This document shows, piece after piece, positions 30,752 to 38,743 of a DNA stretch of 64,000 bases. Position numbers and translations under genes: made by a program. The notes below the pieces were generated by a model, which saw only the letters and a list, made by a program, of their open reading frames with translations, ran no database searches and was not told where the DNA came from. The stretch's first letter is position 1. Each line of letters starts with the position of its first letter. The DNA comes from Verrucomicrobiota bacterium (GTDB taxonomy: Bacteria > Verrucomicrobiota > Verrucomicrobiia > Limisphaerales > UBA11358), in the NCBI GenBank assembly GCA_049523455.1, contig JBEKMW010000003.1, positions 3,736-67,735 on the forward strand, in the 5' to 3' direction.

Positions 30752-31453
30752 CTATTTGTTGAACCGGAAGTTCGTCACGTCGTAGTCCTGCATTACGTAT
30801 TGCTTGGTCTCCAGGCGCATTTTGCCGGCGCGCTTGGCCTGCGTTTCGCCGCCCGCCGCCACAAAATCCGCATAGCTGATGATTTCGGCCCGGATGAATC
30901 CCTTCTGGATGTCCGTGTGGATCGTCCCGCCCGCCTCCCAGGCCGTGATGCCCTTGCGAATCGGCCAGGCGCGGTTCTCCTTGCCGCCGACGGTCAAAAA
31001 GCAGATGTAGCCGGCCTCGCCAAACGCGCGCAGCAGCAGCGCATCGGGATTCTCCGCGTCCGCCAGCCCGGCCACGGTAACGGGTTTGGCCGTAAAAAAG
31101 TTGTGCGCCGCGACCGCCTGCAAATCCTCCGGCGCCAGGCCGGAGTTGAAAACGAATTTTTCCTGTTCGAGCAACCCCTTGATTTTCTCCAGGGCCTGCC
31201 GCTCGGCCGGCTGCGGGTCGCGCCCCAGGCGCGTTTCCACAAATTCCAGGTCTTTCAAAATCAGATCCGCCCTGCCCTCCACCGAAGCCAGAATGGCGTC
31301 GGCGTCCTGCAACTCGTCCTGGCCCACCACGTCCACCTGGGCCTGGCTTTTCTTGTCCGCCTCCACCAGTTTGTGCGCTTCATCCAGGCGCGGGTCTTTG
31401 AGGTTATGCTTGCCGGTTTTGATTCCGGTCACGCCAAATAATGCGATTTTCAT
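30752..31453 (-). CDS. YchF-like protein retaining the C-terminal DUF933/TGS-like domain but lacking a P-loop
   Basis: C-terminus FLTVGGKENRAWPIRKGITAWEAGGTIHTDIQKGFIRAEIISYADFVAAGGETQAKRAGKMRLETKQYVMQDYDVTNFRFN aligns with YchF. N-terminus MKIALFGVTGIKTGKHNL replaces G.PNVGKST. Length is 233 aa versus about 363. Confidence 0.75.
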   Translation of the reverse strand: MKIALFGVTGIKTGKHNLKDPRLDEAHKLVEADKKSQAQVDVVGQDELQDADAILASVEGRADLILKDLEFVETRLGRDPQPAERQALEKIKGLLEQEKFVFNSGLAPEDLQAVAAHNFFTAKPVTVAGLADAENPDALLLRAFGEAGYICFLTVGGKENRAWPIRKGITAWEAGGTIHTDIQKGFIRAEIISYADFVAAGGETQAKRAGKMRLETKQYVMQDYDVTNFRFNK

Positions 31454-31490
31454 GGTTATTCATGGTTATTCACCGTTATTCATGGTTATT

Positions 31491-34400
31491 TCAGGCCGGG
31501 CGCAAAATATGGGTCAAATACTGCCCGGTAAAGCTTTCGGCGCAGCGGGCTACCGTCTCCGGCGACCCTTGCGAAACGATTCGGCCGCCAGCGTCGCCGC
31601 CTTCCGGGCCCAGGTCAATGATCCAGTCCGCCGTCTTGATCACATCCAGATTGTGCTCGATCACGACAAGTGTGTTGCCCGCGTCACGCAGTTTGAACAG
31701 GACTTCGAGCAGCTTGGCCACGTCGTGAAAATGCAGGCCAGTCGTCGGCTCGTCCAAAATATAGAGCGTGCGGCCCGTGGCTTTGCGGCTCAACTCGGCC
31801 GCCAGCTTGACGCGTTGCGCTTCGCCGCCGCTCAAGGTCGTCGCCGCCTGTCCCAATCCGATGTAACCCAATCCCACCTCGGCCAGCGTCAGCAGCGGAT
31901 CGTAAATCTGCGGCACGGCGCGGAAAAAACCCACCGCCTCGTCCACCGTCATCGCCAGCACGTCGGCGATGTTTTTGCCTTTGTAGGTGATTTCCAGCGT
32001 CTCCCGGTTGTACCGCCTGCCGCCGCACGTTTCGCAGGTCACATAAACCGCCGGGAGAAAATTCATCTCAATCTTCAGCACGCCGTCGCCCTCGCATTTC
32101 TCGCAGCGGCCGCCCTTCACATTGAAACTGAACCGGCCGGGCGCGTATCCGCGGATTTTGGCCGCCGGCAGTTTGGCGAACAAATCGCGGATGTGATTGA
32201 ACATGCCGGTGTAGGTGGCCGGATTCGAGCGCGGCGTCCGGCCAATCGGCGTCTGGTCAATCACAATCACCTTGTCCACCAGCTCGAACCCGCGCAAGGC
32301 ACGGTGCGCCCCCGGCGTTTCCTTGGAACCGTAAAATTTGCGGAACAGCGCCCGGCGCAAAATGTCGTCCACCAGCGTGCTCTTGCCGGACCCGCTTACC
32401 CCGGTGATGCACGTGAACAGCCCCAACGGTATCCGCGCGTCAATGTTCCGCAGATTGTTCTCCCTGGCGCCGAGCACTTCCAGCCAGCCGCGCGTTTCCG
32501 ACGGATTCAGCCGGTTTCTGGGAATTGGAATCGTCAGTTCGCCGTTGAGATACTTGGCCGTCAGCGAATGCGGATTCTTCAAGATTTCCGCCAACGGCCC
32601 CGCCGCCACCAGTTCGCCGCCGTGAACGCCCGCGCCCGGCCCCAAATCCACGATGTAATCCGCCTGCCGGATGGTCTCGGCGTCGTGCTCGACCACCAGC
32701 ACCGTGTTGCCGAGGTCGCGCAAGCCTTTGAGCGTGGCCAGCAGCCGGTTGTTGTCGCGCTGATGCAGGCCGATGCTCGGTTCATCCAGGATGTAGAGCA
32801 CCCCCACCAGGCCGGCGCCGATCTGCGTGGCCAGCCGGATGCGTTGCGCCTCGCCACCGCTGAGCGTGCCGCTTTCGCGGTCCAACGTGAGATAGCCCAG
32901 GCCGACGTTCTTCAAAAAGCCGAGCCGGGCGCGGATCTCCTTGATCACCTCGTGCGCAATTTTTTCCTCGAACTCAGTCAGCCTAAGCCCGGCAAAAAAT
33001 TCATCGGCCTTGTCCACGGACAGGGCGCAGACGTCCATGATGGAAAAACCGGGAATCTTGGGTGGCACAGGTCTCCGGCTTGTCGCTTTCGGCGAAGTCT
33101 TGGGGGAGCCGTTTGCAAACGCAGGAGGAGTTTCGGGCGGGGCGCCCGAAACGGCAGGCGGGGCGCCTGCGCTCCCCAAAGTCACCGCCAGGATCTCCGG
33201 CTTGAGCCGTTTGCCTTTGCACACGTCGCAGAATTGCGGACTCATGTACGGCTTGAGCCGGTTGCGCACGAATTCGCTTTCGCTTTCAGTGAAGAGCCGC
33301 CCCAGATTCGGCAGCACGCCTTCGAACGGCCGGCTTACCGTGTGCAGGCTGCCCGCCCGCCAGAAGCGAAAATCCACGTTGTCCTCCCCCGAACCGTGCA
33401 ACAGCGTTTTCTTGAAGTCCTCCGGCAGGTTTTTCCACGGAGTTTCCAGGCTCACCTGAAAATGCGCGGCCACGGAACGCAGCATGGCCTTGTAATAAAT
33501 ATTCATCCGCTTGCCGGAGCGCCGCCACGGTTGGATCGCGGCCTCCAACGGCACTTCCGGGTCGGGCGCCACCAGGTTTTCGTCGAATATCATCTTCTGA
33601 CCGAGCCCGTGGCAGACGGGACAGGCGCCCGCCGGCGCGTTGAACGAGAAATGTTTCGGTGTCGGCGGATCAAAACTCTTGCCCGTGGCCGGTGAACACA
33701 TTTTGTTTGAATGCAGTGTTTCGATCCAGTCTTCGTGGCGGCGGGCATCCGTGCCCGCCGTAGAGGGCGGCATCTTGCCGCCTGGGATTGGCGATGAAGT
33801 CTTGGAGACCATGCGGCTTGCCAGAGCCTTTCCACCGGGCAGGATGCCCGGCTCCACGGCAGGCACGGATGCCTGCCGCCACTGCTCCGGCAACTGGTGC
33901 AGCGTGAACATGACCCCTTCGCCCCAGCGCAAGGCGGTCTCCACCGAATCGCCCAGCCGCACTCGAATCTTGTCGTCCACCACCAGCCGGTCCACCACCG
34001 CTTCAATGCTGTGGAATTTCTTCTTGTCCAGCTTCACGCGCACATTGGGATTGCCCAGTTCGATGAATTCGCCGTCCACTCTGGCCCGGACAAACCCCTC
34101 GCGCGCGAGGCGTTCGAGCACGTCGCGAAATTCGCCCTTTTGCCGCCGCACCACGGGCGCCAGCAACATCACCTTGGTCTTGGGTGGCAGCGCCAGAATC
34201 TTGTCCACAATGTCGCTGGTGGTTTGCGCCACAATCGGCACGCCCGTGTCCGGACAATGCGGGTGGCCGATGTGCGCGTAGAGCAGGCGGAGGTAATCGT
34301 AAATTTCGGTGGTGGTGGCGATGATCGAGCGCGGGCTGCTGCCGGAACTTCGTTGTTCAATCGCAATCGCCGGCGAAAGGCCCTCGATGAAGTCCACCTC

Positions 34401-34619
34401 CGGCTTCTGCATCTGGTCCAGGAACTGGCGGGCATAGGCTGAGAGGCTCTCGACGTATTTCCGCTGGCCCTCGGCGTAGATGGTGTCGAACGCCAGCGAC
34501 GACTTGCCGCTCCCGCTCAGGCCGGTGATCACCACCAGCCGGTCGCGCGGGATTTGCAGCGTGAGATCTTTGAGATTGTGCTCACGCGCGCCGCCAATGC
34601 GGATGAATTCCTTGCTCAT
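31491..34619 (-). CDS. uvrA: Excinuclease ABC subunit UvrA
   Basis: Starts MSKEFIRIGGAREHNLK (ATG at 34619). Walker A motifs GLSGSGKSS and GVSGSGKST, two LSGGEAQR signatures, and zinc-finger CPVCHGLG and CETCGGRRY. Length is 1042 aa versus about 940 typical. The longest ORF reaches 34772. Confidence 0.97.
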   Translation of the reverse strand: MSKEFIRIGGAREHNLKDLTLQIPRDRLVVITGLSGSGKSSLAFDTIYAEGQRKYVESLSAYARQFLDQMQKPEVDFIEGLSPAIAIEQRSSGSSPRSIIATTTEIYDYLRLLYAHIGHPHCPDTGVPIVAQTTSDIVDKILALPPKTKVMLLAPVVRRQKGEFRDVLERLAREGFVRARVDGEFIELGNPNVRVKLDKKKFHSIEAVVDRLVVDDKIRVRLGDSVETALRWGEGVMFTLHQLPEQWRQASVPAVEPGILPGGKALASRMVSKTSSPIPGGKMPPSTAGTDARRHEDWIETLHSNKMCSPATGKSFDPPTPKHFSFNAPAGACPVCHGLGQKMIFDENLVAPDPEVPLEAAIQPWRRSGKRMNIYYKAMLRSVAAHFQVSLETPWKNLPEDFKKTLLHGSGEDNVDFRFWRAGSLHTVSRPFEGVLPNLGRLFTESESEFVRNRLKPYMSPQFCDVCKGKRLKPEILAVTLGSAGAPPAVSGAPPETPPAFANGSPKTSPKATSRRPVPPKIPGFSIMDVCALSVDKADEFFAGLRLTEFEEKIAHEVIKEIRARLGFLKNVGLGYLTLDRESGTLSGGEAQRIRLATQIGAGLVGVLYILDEPSIGLHQRDNNRLLATLKGLRDLGNTVLVVEHDAETIRQADYIVDLGPGAGVHGGELVAAGPLAEILKNPHSLTAKYLNGELTIPIPRNRLNPSETRGWLEVLGARENNLRNIDARIPLGLFTCITGVSGSGKSTLVDDILRRALFRKFYGSKETPGAHRALRGFELVDKVIVIDQTPIGRTPRSNPATYTGMFNHIRDLFAKLPAAKIRGYAPGRFSFNVKGGRCEKCEGDGVLKIEMNFLPAVYVTCETCGGRRYNRETLEITYKGKNIADVLAMTVDEAVGFFRAVPQIYDPLLTLAEVGLGYIGLGQAATTLSGGEAQRVKLAAELSRKATGRTLYILDEPTTGLHFHDVAKLLEVLFKLRDAGNTLVVIEHNLDVIKTADWIIDLGPEGGDAGGRIVSQGSPETVARCAESFTGQYLTHILRPA
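33050..33176. repeat. Second in-frame repeat-derived insertion in uvrA
   Basis: Encodes GSAGAPPAVSGAPPETPPAFANGSPKTSPKATSRRPVPPKIPGF, inserted between ILAVTL and SIMDVCALS. Contains two adjacent perfect hairpins: GTTTCGGGCG-GGG-CGCCCGAAAC (33130-33152) and GCAGGCG-GGG-CGCCTGC (33154-33170). Confidence 0.65.
33738..33880. repeat. About 143-bp imperfect palindromic (MITE-like) element inserted in frame in uvrA
   Basis: The left arm GCGGGCATCCGTGCCCGCCGTAGAGGGCGGCATCTTGCCGCCTGGGA matches the reverse complement of the right arm TCCACCGGGCAGGATGCCCGGCTCCACGGCAGGCACGGATGCCTGCCGC. It encodes ASVPAVEPGILPGGKALASRMVSKTSSPIPGGKMPPSTAGTDARRH. Confidence 0.75.
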
Positions 34620-34786
34620 ACACGCGAATTCCGCGTTCAAATCAAATGGTGAGTTTAACCCAAACCGCGCTGAAAGCAAAGAATTTGCCGGCGGGCGAAC
34701 TCGAAACAGTGCGAAGTGGCCGGAACAAAGGAAGAAGGTAGAATGCAGAAGGCAGAAATGCTTTGTGGTCATGGAGCGAAAAAAAG

Positions 34787-34866
34787 TGGTGTTACCTGGT
34801 GTTACCCGGTGTTACCGGGTCTGGGGTCTGGGGTCTGGGGTTTGGGGGTCTGGGGTCTGGGGGGGA
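34787..34866. repeat. Tandem microrepeat block (10-mer GGTGTTACC(N) x3, then 8-mer GTCTGGGG x about 6)
   Basis: Read directly from TGGTGTTACCTGGTGTTACCCGGTGTTACCGGGTCTGGGGTCTGGGGTCTGGGGTTTGGGGGTCTGGGGTCTGGGGGGG, which lies upstream of uvrA. Confidence 0.9.
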
Positions 34867-35574
34867 GTGGGTTGGGGGCTCGCGTAGCTCGTCCCTCCGA
34901 GATGATTCTTCCGGCGGTAGCGGCGGAAGACCGTAGATTTCGCGGATGGCGCGTTCCCGCTCAGCGGGGCTGTTTCCGTCGGTGGCAGCAGCCAATTCCT
35001 GGGCATCGGTGGCGAGTTCACGGGTTTGGGTTCGTTTCTCCATCCGACAGGTGTCCAAACACAGGGGATCGGGCCGGATTTGTTGGTGAAATCGAATTTC
35101 ACATTTGGGTTCGTTTGGTAATTTTCATGTCTCTTTGCGATCTTTGGGTTCTCTGCGGTAAATAAAGAATTCGTTTCCATCGTTTGCTTCTGTTCTTTTG
35201 CGTTTATCTGCGTTCATCTGCGTTCATCTGCGGTTAAATCTTCACGATTTTTGCCCCGGCGCCTTCGCCATTGCTTCGACGTTGGTGCCCGTCCGCCGGC
35301 ATTGGTTTCTGTGACTGGTCGCCGTCATTTGCCGCGAGTAAATCACAAGTCAGCCGTTCGGAATAGGCGACGGTCGCGCATTCGGGCGGATTTCCGCCAA
35401 GGCAGAAGGAAGAAGGAAGACGTCGAAGAAGCAAATTTTGCTTGTATTCGTTGGCAGGAAGGCTCAGAAAAGGAGAAGTAGAAAAAGTCAGTGCGGTTGC
35501 CGGGGACGGCGGTCCAATCCCAGTCGGCTGGGGTGCTTGCCGGGTGGAAATGGACAGGTTGTATTCCCGACGAA

Positions 35575-37068
35575 ATGGAAACGTCTATGAAAACAACAAA
35601 ATCATCATTATTCGGAACTCTCACTATCACGGCGGCTCTTTTGATCGGCTGGTCCGCCAATGCACAACCCACCCCGCCCTTCAGTTCGTCGCTGGTTTTG
35701 AACATACCTTTCGATGGCAGCGTGGTGGACACCGGGCCAAACGACTTCACGGTCAATACCAATGGAGGGGGAACCTGGGTGACGAACAGATTTTTGCAGA
35801 CGAATTCAGCCTGGTCCTTGAACGGGGTGAATCAGAACATTGAGATTCCCTACGATGCCCGATTGTATCCAGAACAGATGACGTTAAGTTTATGGGTCAA
35901 CGTCCAATCAATCTCGAGTATTCAAATGATGATCTGGCGCGCGGGGAACGGATCCTCCGATGGGTGGCGCGGGTTTGATCTTTTTAACTCATCAGGAAGT
36001 TACTGGTATCAGGATTATACCGGCAGTTCGGGTAACGCAAACCTCTCCTTTGCCCAGACCAACATCGCCCTTGGAACCTGGTATCAAATCGTTGTTACCA
36101 GGACGACCAACTCGGCAGCCGTTTACGTGGACGGCGTCCAACTAGCTTCTCAGACCGGTTTGACTCCTTACACAAAGCCTCAAACCACCCCCATGAGCAT
36201 TGGCGCTAATAATGCCGATCCCAGCGGTTTTAATTGGTTCACCCCGGCCGTTTTCGATACAGTTCACATCTACAATCGCGCCTTGTCCACAAATGAAGTC
36301 GCGGAGTTGTATGCTTACGAGTCAGTCCCTCAAACCACAAACCCGCCGTCAATCACCGGTCAACCGCAGTCCCTGGTGGTCAATGCCCACGACATGGCCT
36401 CATTCAGTGTGACGGCCAGCGGCTCATCGCCATTGTATTATCAGTGGACACTTAACGAGACAAATATTTTGGATGCCACGGACAGCACTTTGACGGTTAC
36501 CAATGTGACACAGGAGGATTTGGGGGCCTATGCGGTGGTGGTCACCGACGCTTCTGGTTCGACCACCAGTTCCAATGCCATGCTGTCCATGTACCCATTT
36601 TTGGCCGTGCCGTTTGGCGGCGAGGTGACGGATTGGGGCCAGAACGCCATTCTCAGTGTGCAGGCGTGGGGAACCGGGCCGTTGAGCTACCAGTGGTATG
36701 ACGATGGTGACGCCGTTTTGAACGCGACCAATGAAACCCTGGACTTGTCGAGCATTCAATTCACGAACGCCGGCCTTTACTCGGTGGTGGTCAGCAGTCC
36801 ATTGGGCAGTGTGACGAACACACCGGAGCAGGTGGTGGTGAACACCGCGGGGGTTTCCCTCGGGATGTATGCCGGCGTCACGATTACCGGAACAGTTGGT
36901 TCCACCTATGTTATTCAAGCCACGTCGAATTTAAGCGACATCAACTCCTGGGTTTCGGTGGCCACTCTGACGCTGGAGCAACCGGTTGAACTCTGGGTGG
37001 ACATCAGCGCCAATGTCTCGGTGCCCGGAACTACGCAGCGGTTCTATCGGGTTTTACCGGGTCAATAA
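35575..37068 (+). CDS. Secreted LamG (concanavalin-like lectin) + Ig-like repeat protein with C-terminal FYRV module
   Basis: Signal peptide (METS)MKTTKSSLFGTLTITAALLIGWSANA. LamG-type region ends FDTVHIYNRALSTNEVAELY. Two Ig-like units (PPSITGQPQSLVVNAHDMASFSVTASGSSPLYYQW...). Tail is GSTYVIQATSNLSDINSW...TQRFYRVLPGQ. Confidence 0.8.
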   Translation: METSMKTTKSSLFGTLTITAALLIGWSANAQPTPPFSSSLVLNIPFDGSVVDTGPNDFTVNTNGGGTWVTNRFLQTNSAWSLNGVNQNIEIPYDARLYPEQMTLSLWVNVQSISSIQMMIWRAGNGSSDGWRGFDLFNSSGSYWYQDYTGSSGNANLSFAQTNIALGTWYQIVVTRTTNSAAVYVDGVQLASQTGLTPYTKPQTTPMSIGANNADPSGFNWFTPAVFDTVHIYNRALSTNEVAELYAYESVPQTTNPPSITGQPQSLVVNAHDMASFSVTASGSSPLYYQWTLNETNILDATDSTLTVTNVTQEDLGAYAVVVTDASGSTTSSNAMLSMYPFLAVPFGGEVTDWGQNAILSVQAWGTGPLSYQWYDDGDAVLNATNETLDLSSIQFTNAGLYSVVVSSPLGSVTNTPEQVVVNTAGVSLGMYAGVTITGTVGSTYVIQATSNLSDINSWVSVATLTLEQPVELWVDISANVSVPGTTQRFYRVLPGQ

Positions 37069-37654
37069 AACATCGGCACGGCCCCGTGAAAACTCCGGAG
37101 GCCACAAAAGCCGCAACGCCTATGGGTAGTAAATTTGTCAAACCAAAATTAAAATCGATTTTGGGAAAACGGGTAGTGCCCTGATTTCAAAATTCGGGCA
37201 GGGCGGGTTCCGACTTTTCGGGACCCGCCGCAACTGCGGGACCATGGTGCGCACGGAGTGACGCGCCCTACCGAAGTTCGGACACCACTCTAAAAAGCTG
37301 AAGGATTTAACCGCAGAGAACGCAAAGATCGCAGAGAGGGACCCAAACAATTCTTTGTGTTCTCTGCGTTCTTTGCGGTTAGATCCGGTATTTCTGATTC
37401 TGACCTTCCCTGTTTTCCTCGTCTCCGTGGTCGCCGGTCGCTGTAAGGCGTGGATTTGGATGACGGCAAGTTCATTTTGCTGCCCCCATTTTTCTGCCTT
37501 TGTCTGTTGTCATTTTGTCAGGGATATTCAGGCAGAAGCGGGAAACTGCGCCTCAAGGCGGACATTTAAGAGTCAGAGACAGGCGCGACGCCTGTCCTAC
37601 TGCTACAGCGTGGCGGGCCTCGTCTCCTACGGGTGAGCAGTTTCCGGGGGTCAG

Positions 37655-38503
37655 TCAGAGACTCGTTACCTCGTCTCCTACGGAATCAGATTTTGTGGCC
37701 AAGTTTCGCGAGAAGAAAGCCGTCCCCATGTTCCCGGATTCCTCAACGGTCTTGATGTAGCTGAAACCGCCCTCCGTCAGGAACTTCCTGATTTCCTCGA
37801 ACGTCGCGCCCCACGCGTGCCATTCGATCAGCACTGAATCCACCAACCTCAGAAAGGACTGCTCGGCTCTGAGAAAATTCATCTCGGATCCTTCCACGTC
37901 AATTTTGAGCAGATGGCAGCGGGTTTCGCCGAAGTGCTGCCGCCAGTTGGCCTCAATGCTGACGCACGGCACGGAGATTTTCGTCCATTTGCCCTTGAGT
38001 TCGCGCTTCATCGCTTCAGTAAGACGACTCGTGGAGCAAATATTGGACTCGTACAGGAAAAATTCGGCGGAGCCGCCGGTCGAGCCTTCACCAACGATCC
38101 CATTAATGGCGAAAACCTCCGTCATCTGGTTGGCTTCCGCATGCCATTGAGCTTCACGAACCGTGTCCGGATTGGCGTCGAGCATCAGTCCCCGCAGTTT
38201 GCGTCCCCGAGCCAGGTGGGCCAGCCAGCAGGTGAAGTAGCCGACGTTGCAGCCGAGATCGGCGAAGGTCGTGAAATTTTCCGGCAGCAGGGCGGCATCG
38301 TAAAGATTGCCTTTCTCAAACATCTCGTTCGCCAACGGTATGCTTTCCAGCCGGGTGGCACGGTAAACCACGCCGCTGCCGGGCAGCCGTTTCACGAGTG
38401 GGAAGCGGCGCAACCACCAGTTGGCCAGCTTGTGCAGTCGAAAAATTTGCGCTCCACGCCGTGCCGCGGCGGAACGCGAGAGTGTCGTAATAAGACGTCG
38501 CAT
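37655..38503 (-). CDS. FkbM-family SAM-dependent methyltransferase
   Basis: FADLGCNVGYFT (SAM-binding loop) and HLLKIDVEGSEMNFL (FkbM signature KIDVEG.E). Confidence 0.85.
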   Translation of the reverse strand: MRRLITTLSRSAAARRGAQIFRLHKLANWWLRRFPLVKRLPGSGVVYRATRLESIPLANEMFEKGNLYDAALLPENFTTFADLGCNVGYFTCWLAHLARGRKLRGLMLDANPDTVREAQWHAEANQMTEVFAINGIVGEGSTGGSAEFFLYESNICSTSRLTEAMKRELKGKWTKISVPCVSIEANWRQHFGETRCHLLKIDVEGSEMNFLRAEQSFLRLVDSVLIEWHAWGATFEEIRKFLTEGGFSYIKTVEESGNMGTAFFSRNLATKSDSVGDEVTSL

Positions 38504-38615
38504 AAAGGCATGTGGCCCGATTCTTTGCCGGCGCTCAGACTAGAAGTTTGCCAAGGCATGAACGAGCCGAAACTTCATTGGGGTGCATCTGACAAGTTCC
38601 CCCGGCGCGCGGCCT

Positions 38616-38637
38616 TCAGGCCGCTTCGGCGCACGAA
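38616..38637 (-). repeat. Hairpin box copy 1 (CGCGGCCTTCAGGCCGCTTC core)
   Basis: Exact 20-nt core, 113 nt upstream of the FkbM ATG, in sense orientation on the minus strand (GAAGCGGCCUGAAGGCCGCG). Confidence 0.9.
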
Positions 38638-38743
38638 AGCAGTTGGATCAAACGATGGAGGTATCAGCGGGCGGTGCGGAAGCGGCGTAAACGCCGCGCG
38701 CCGCGAGGCTTTGCGTTTGAGGGAATTTCCCAGATGCACACCT

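Noticed and set aside
31086-33695. 869-aa ORF antisense to uvrA
   Set aside because: It is a shadow ORF overlapping uvrA and the YchF-like gene. It is R/A/G-rich with no motifs.
34787-34866. CRISPR array hypothesis for the tandem repeat blocks (also 60493-60526, 9853-9958 and 56047-56084)
   Set aside because: The units are only 7-10 nt, directly abutting with no unique spacers. No cas genes are present in the window.
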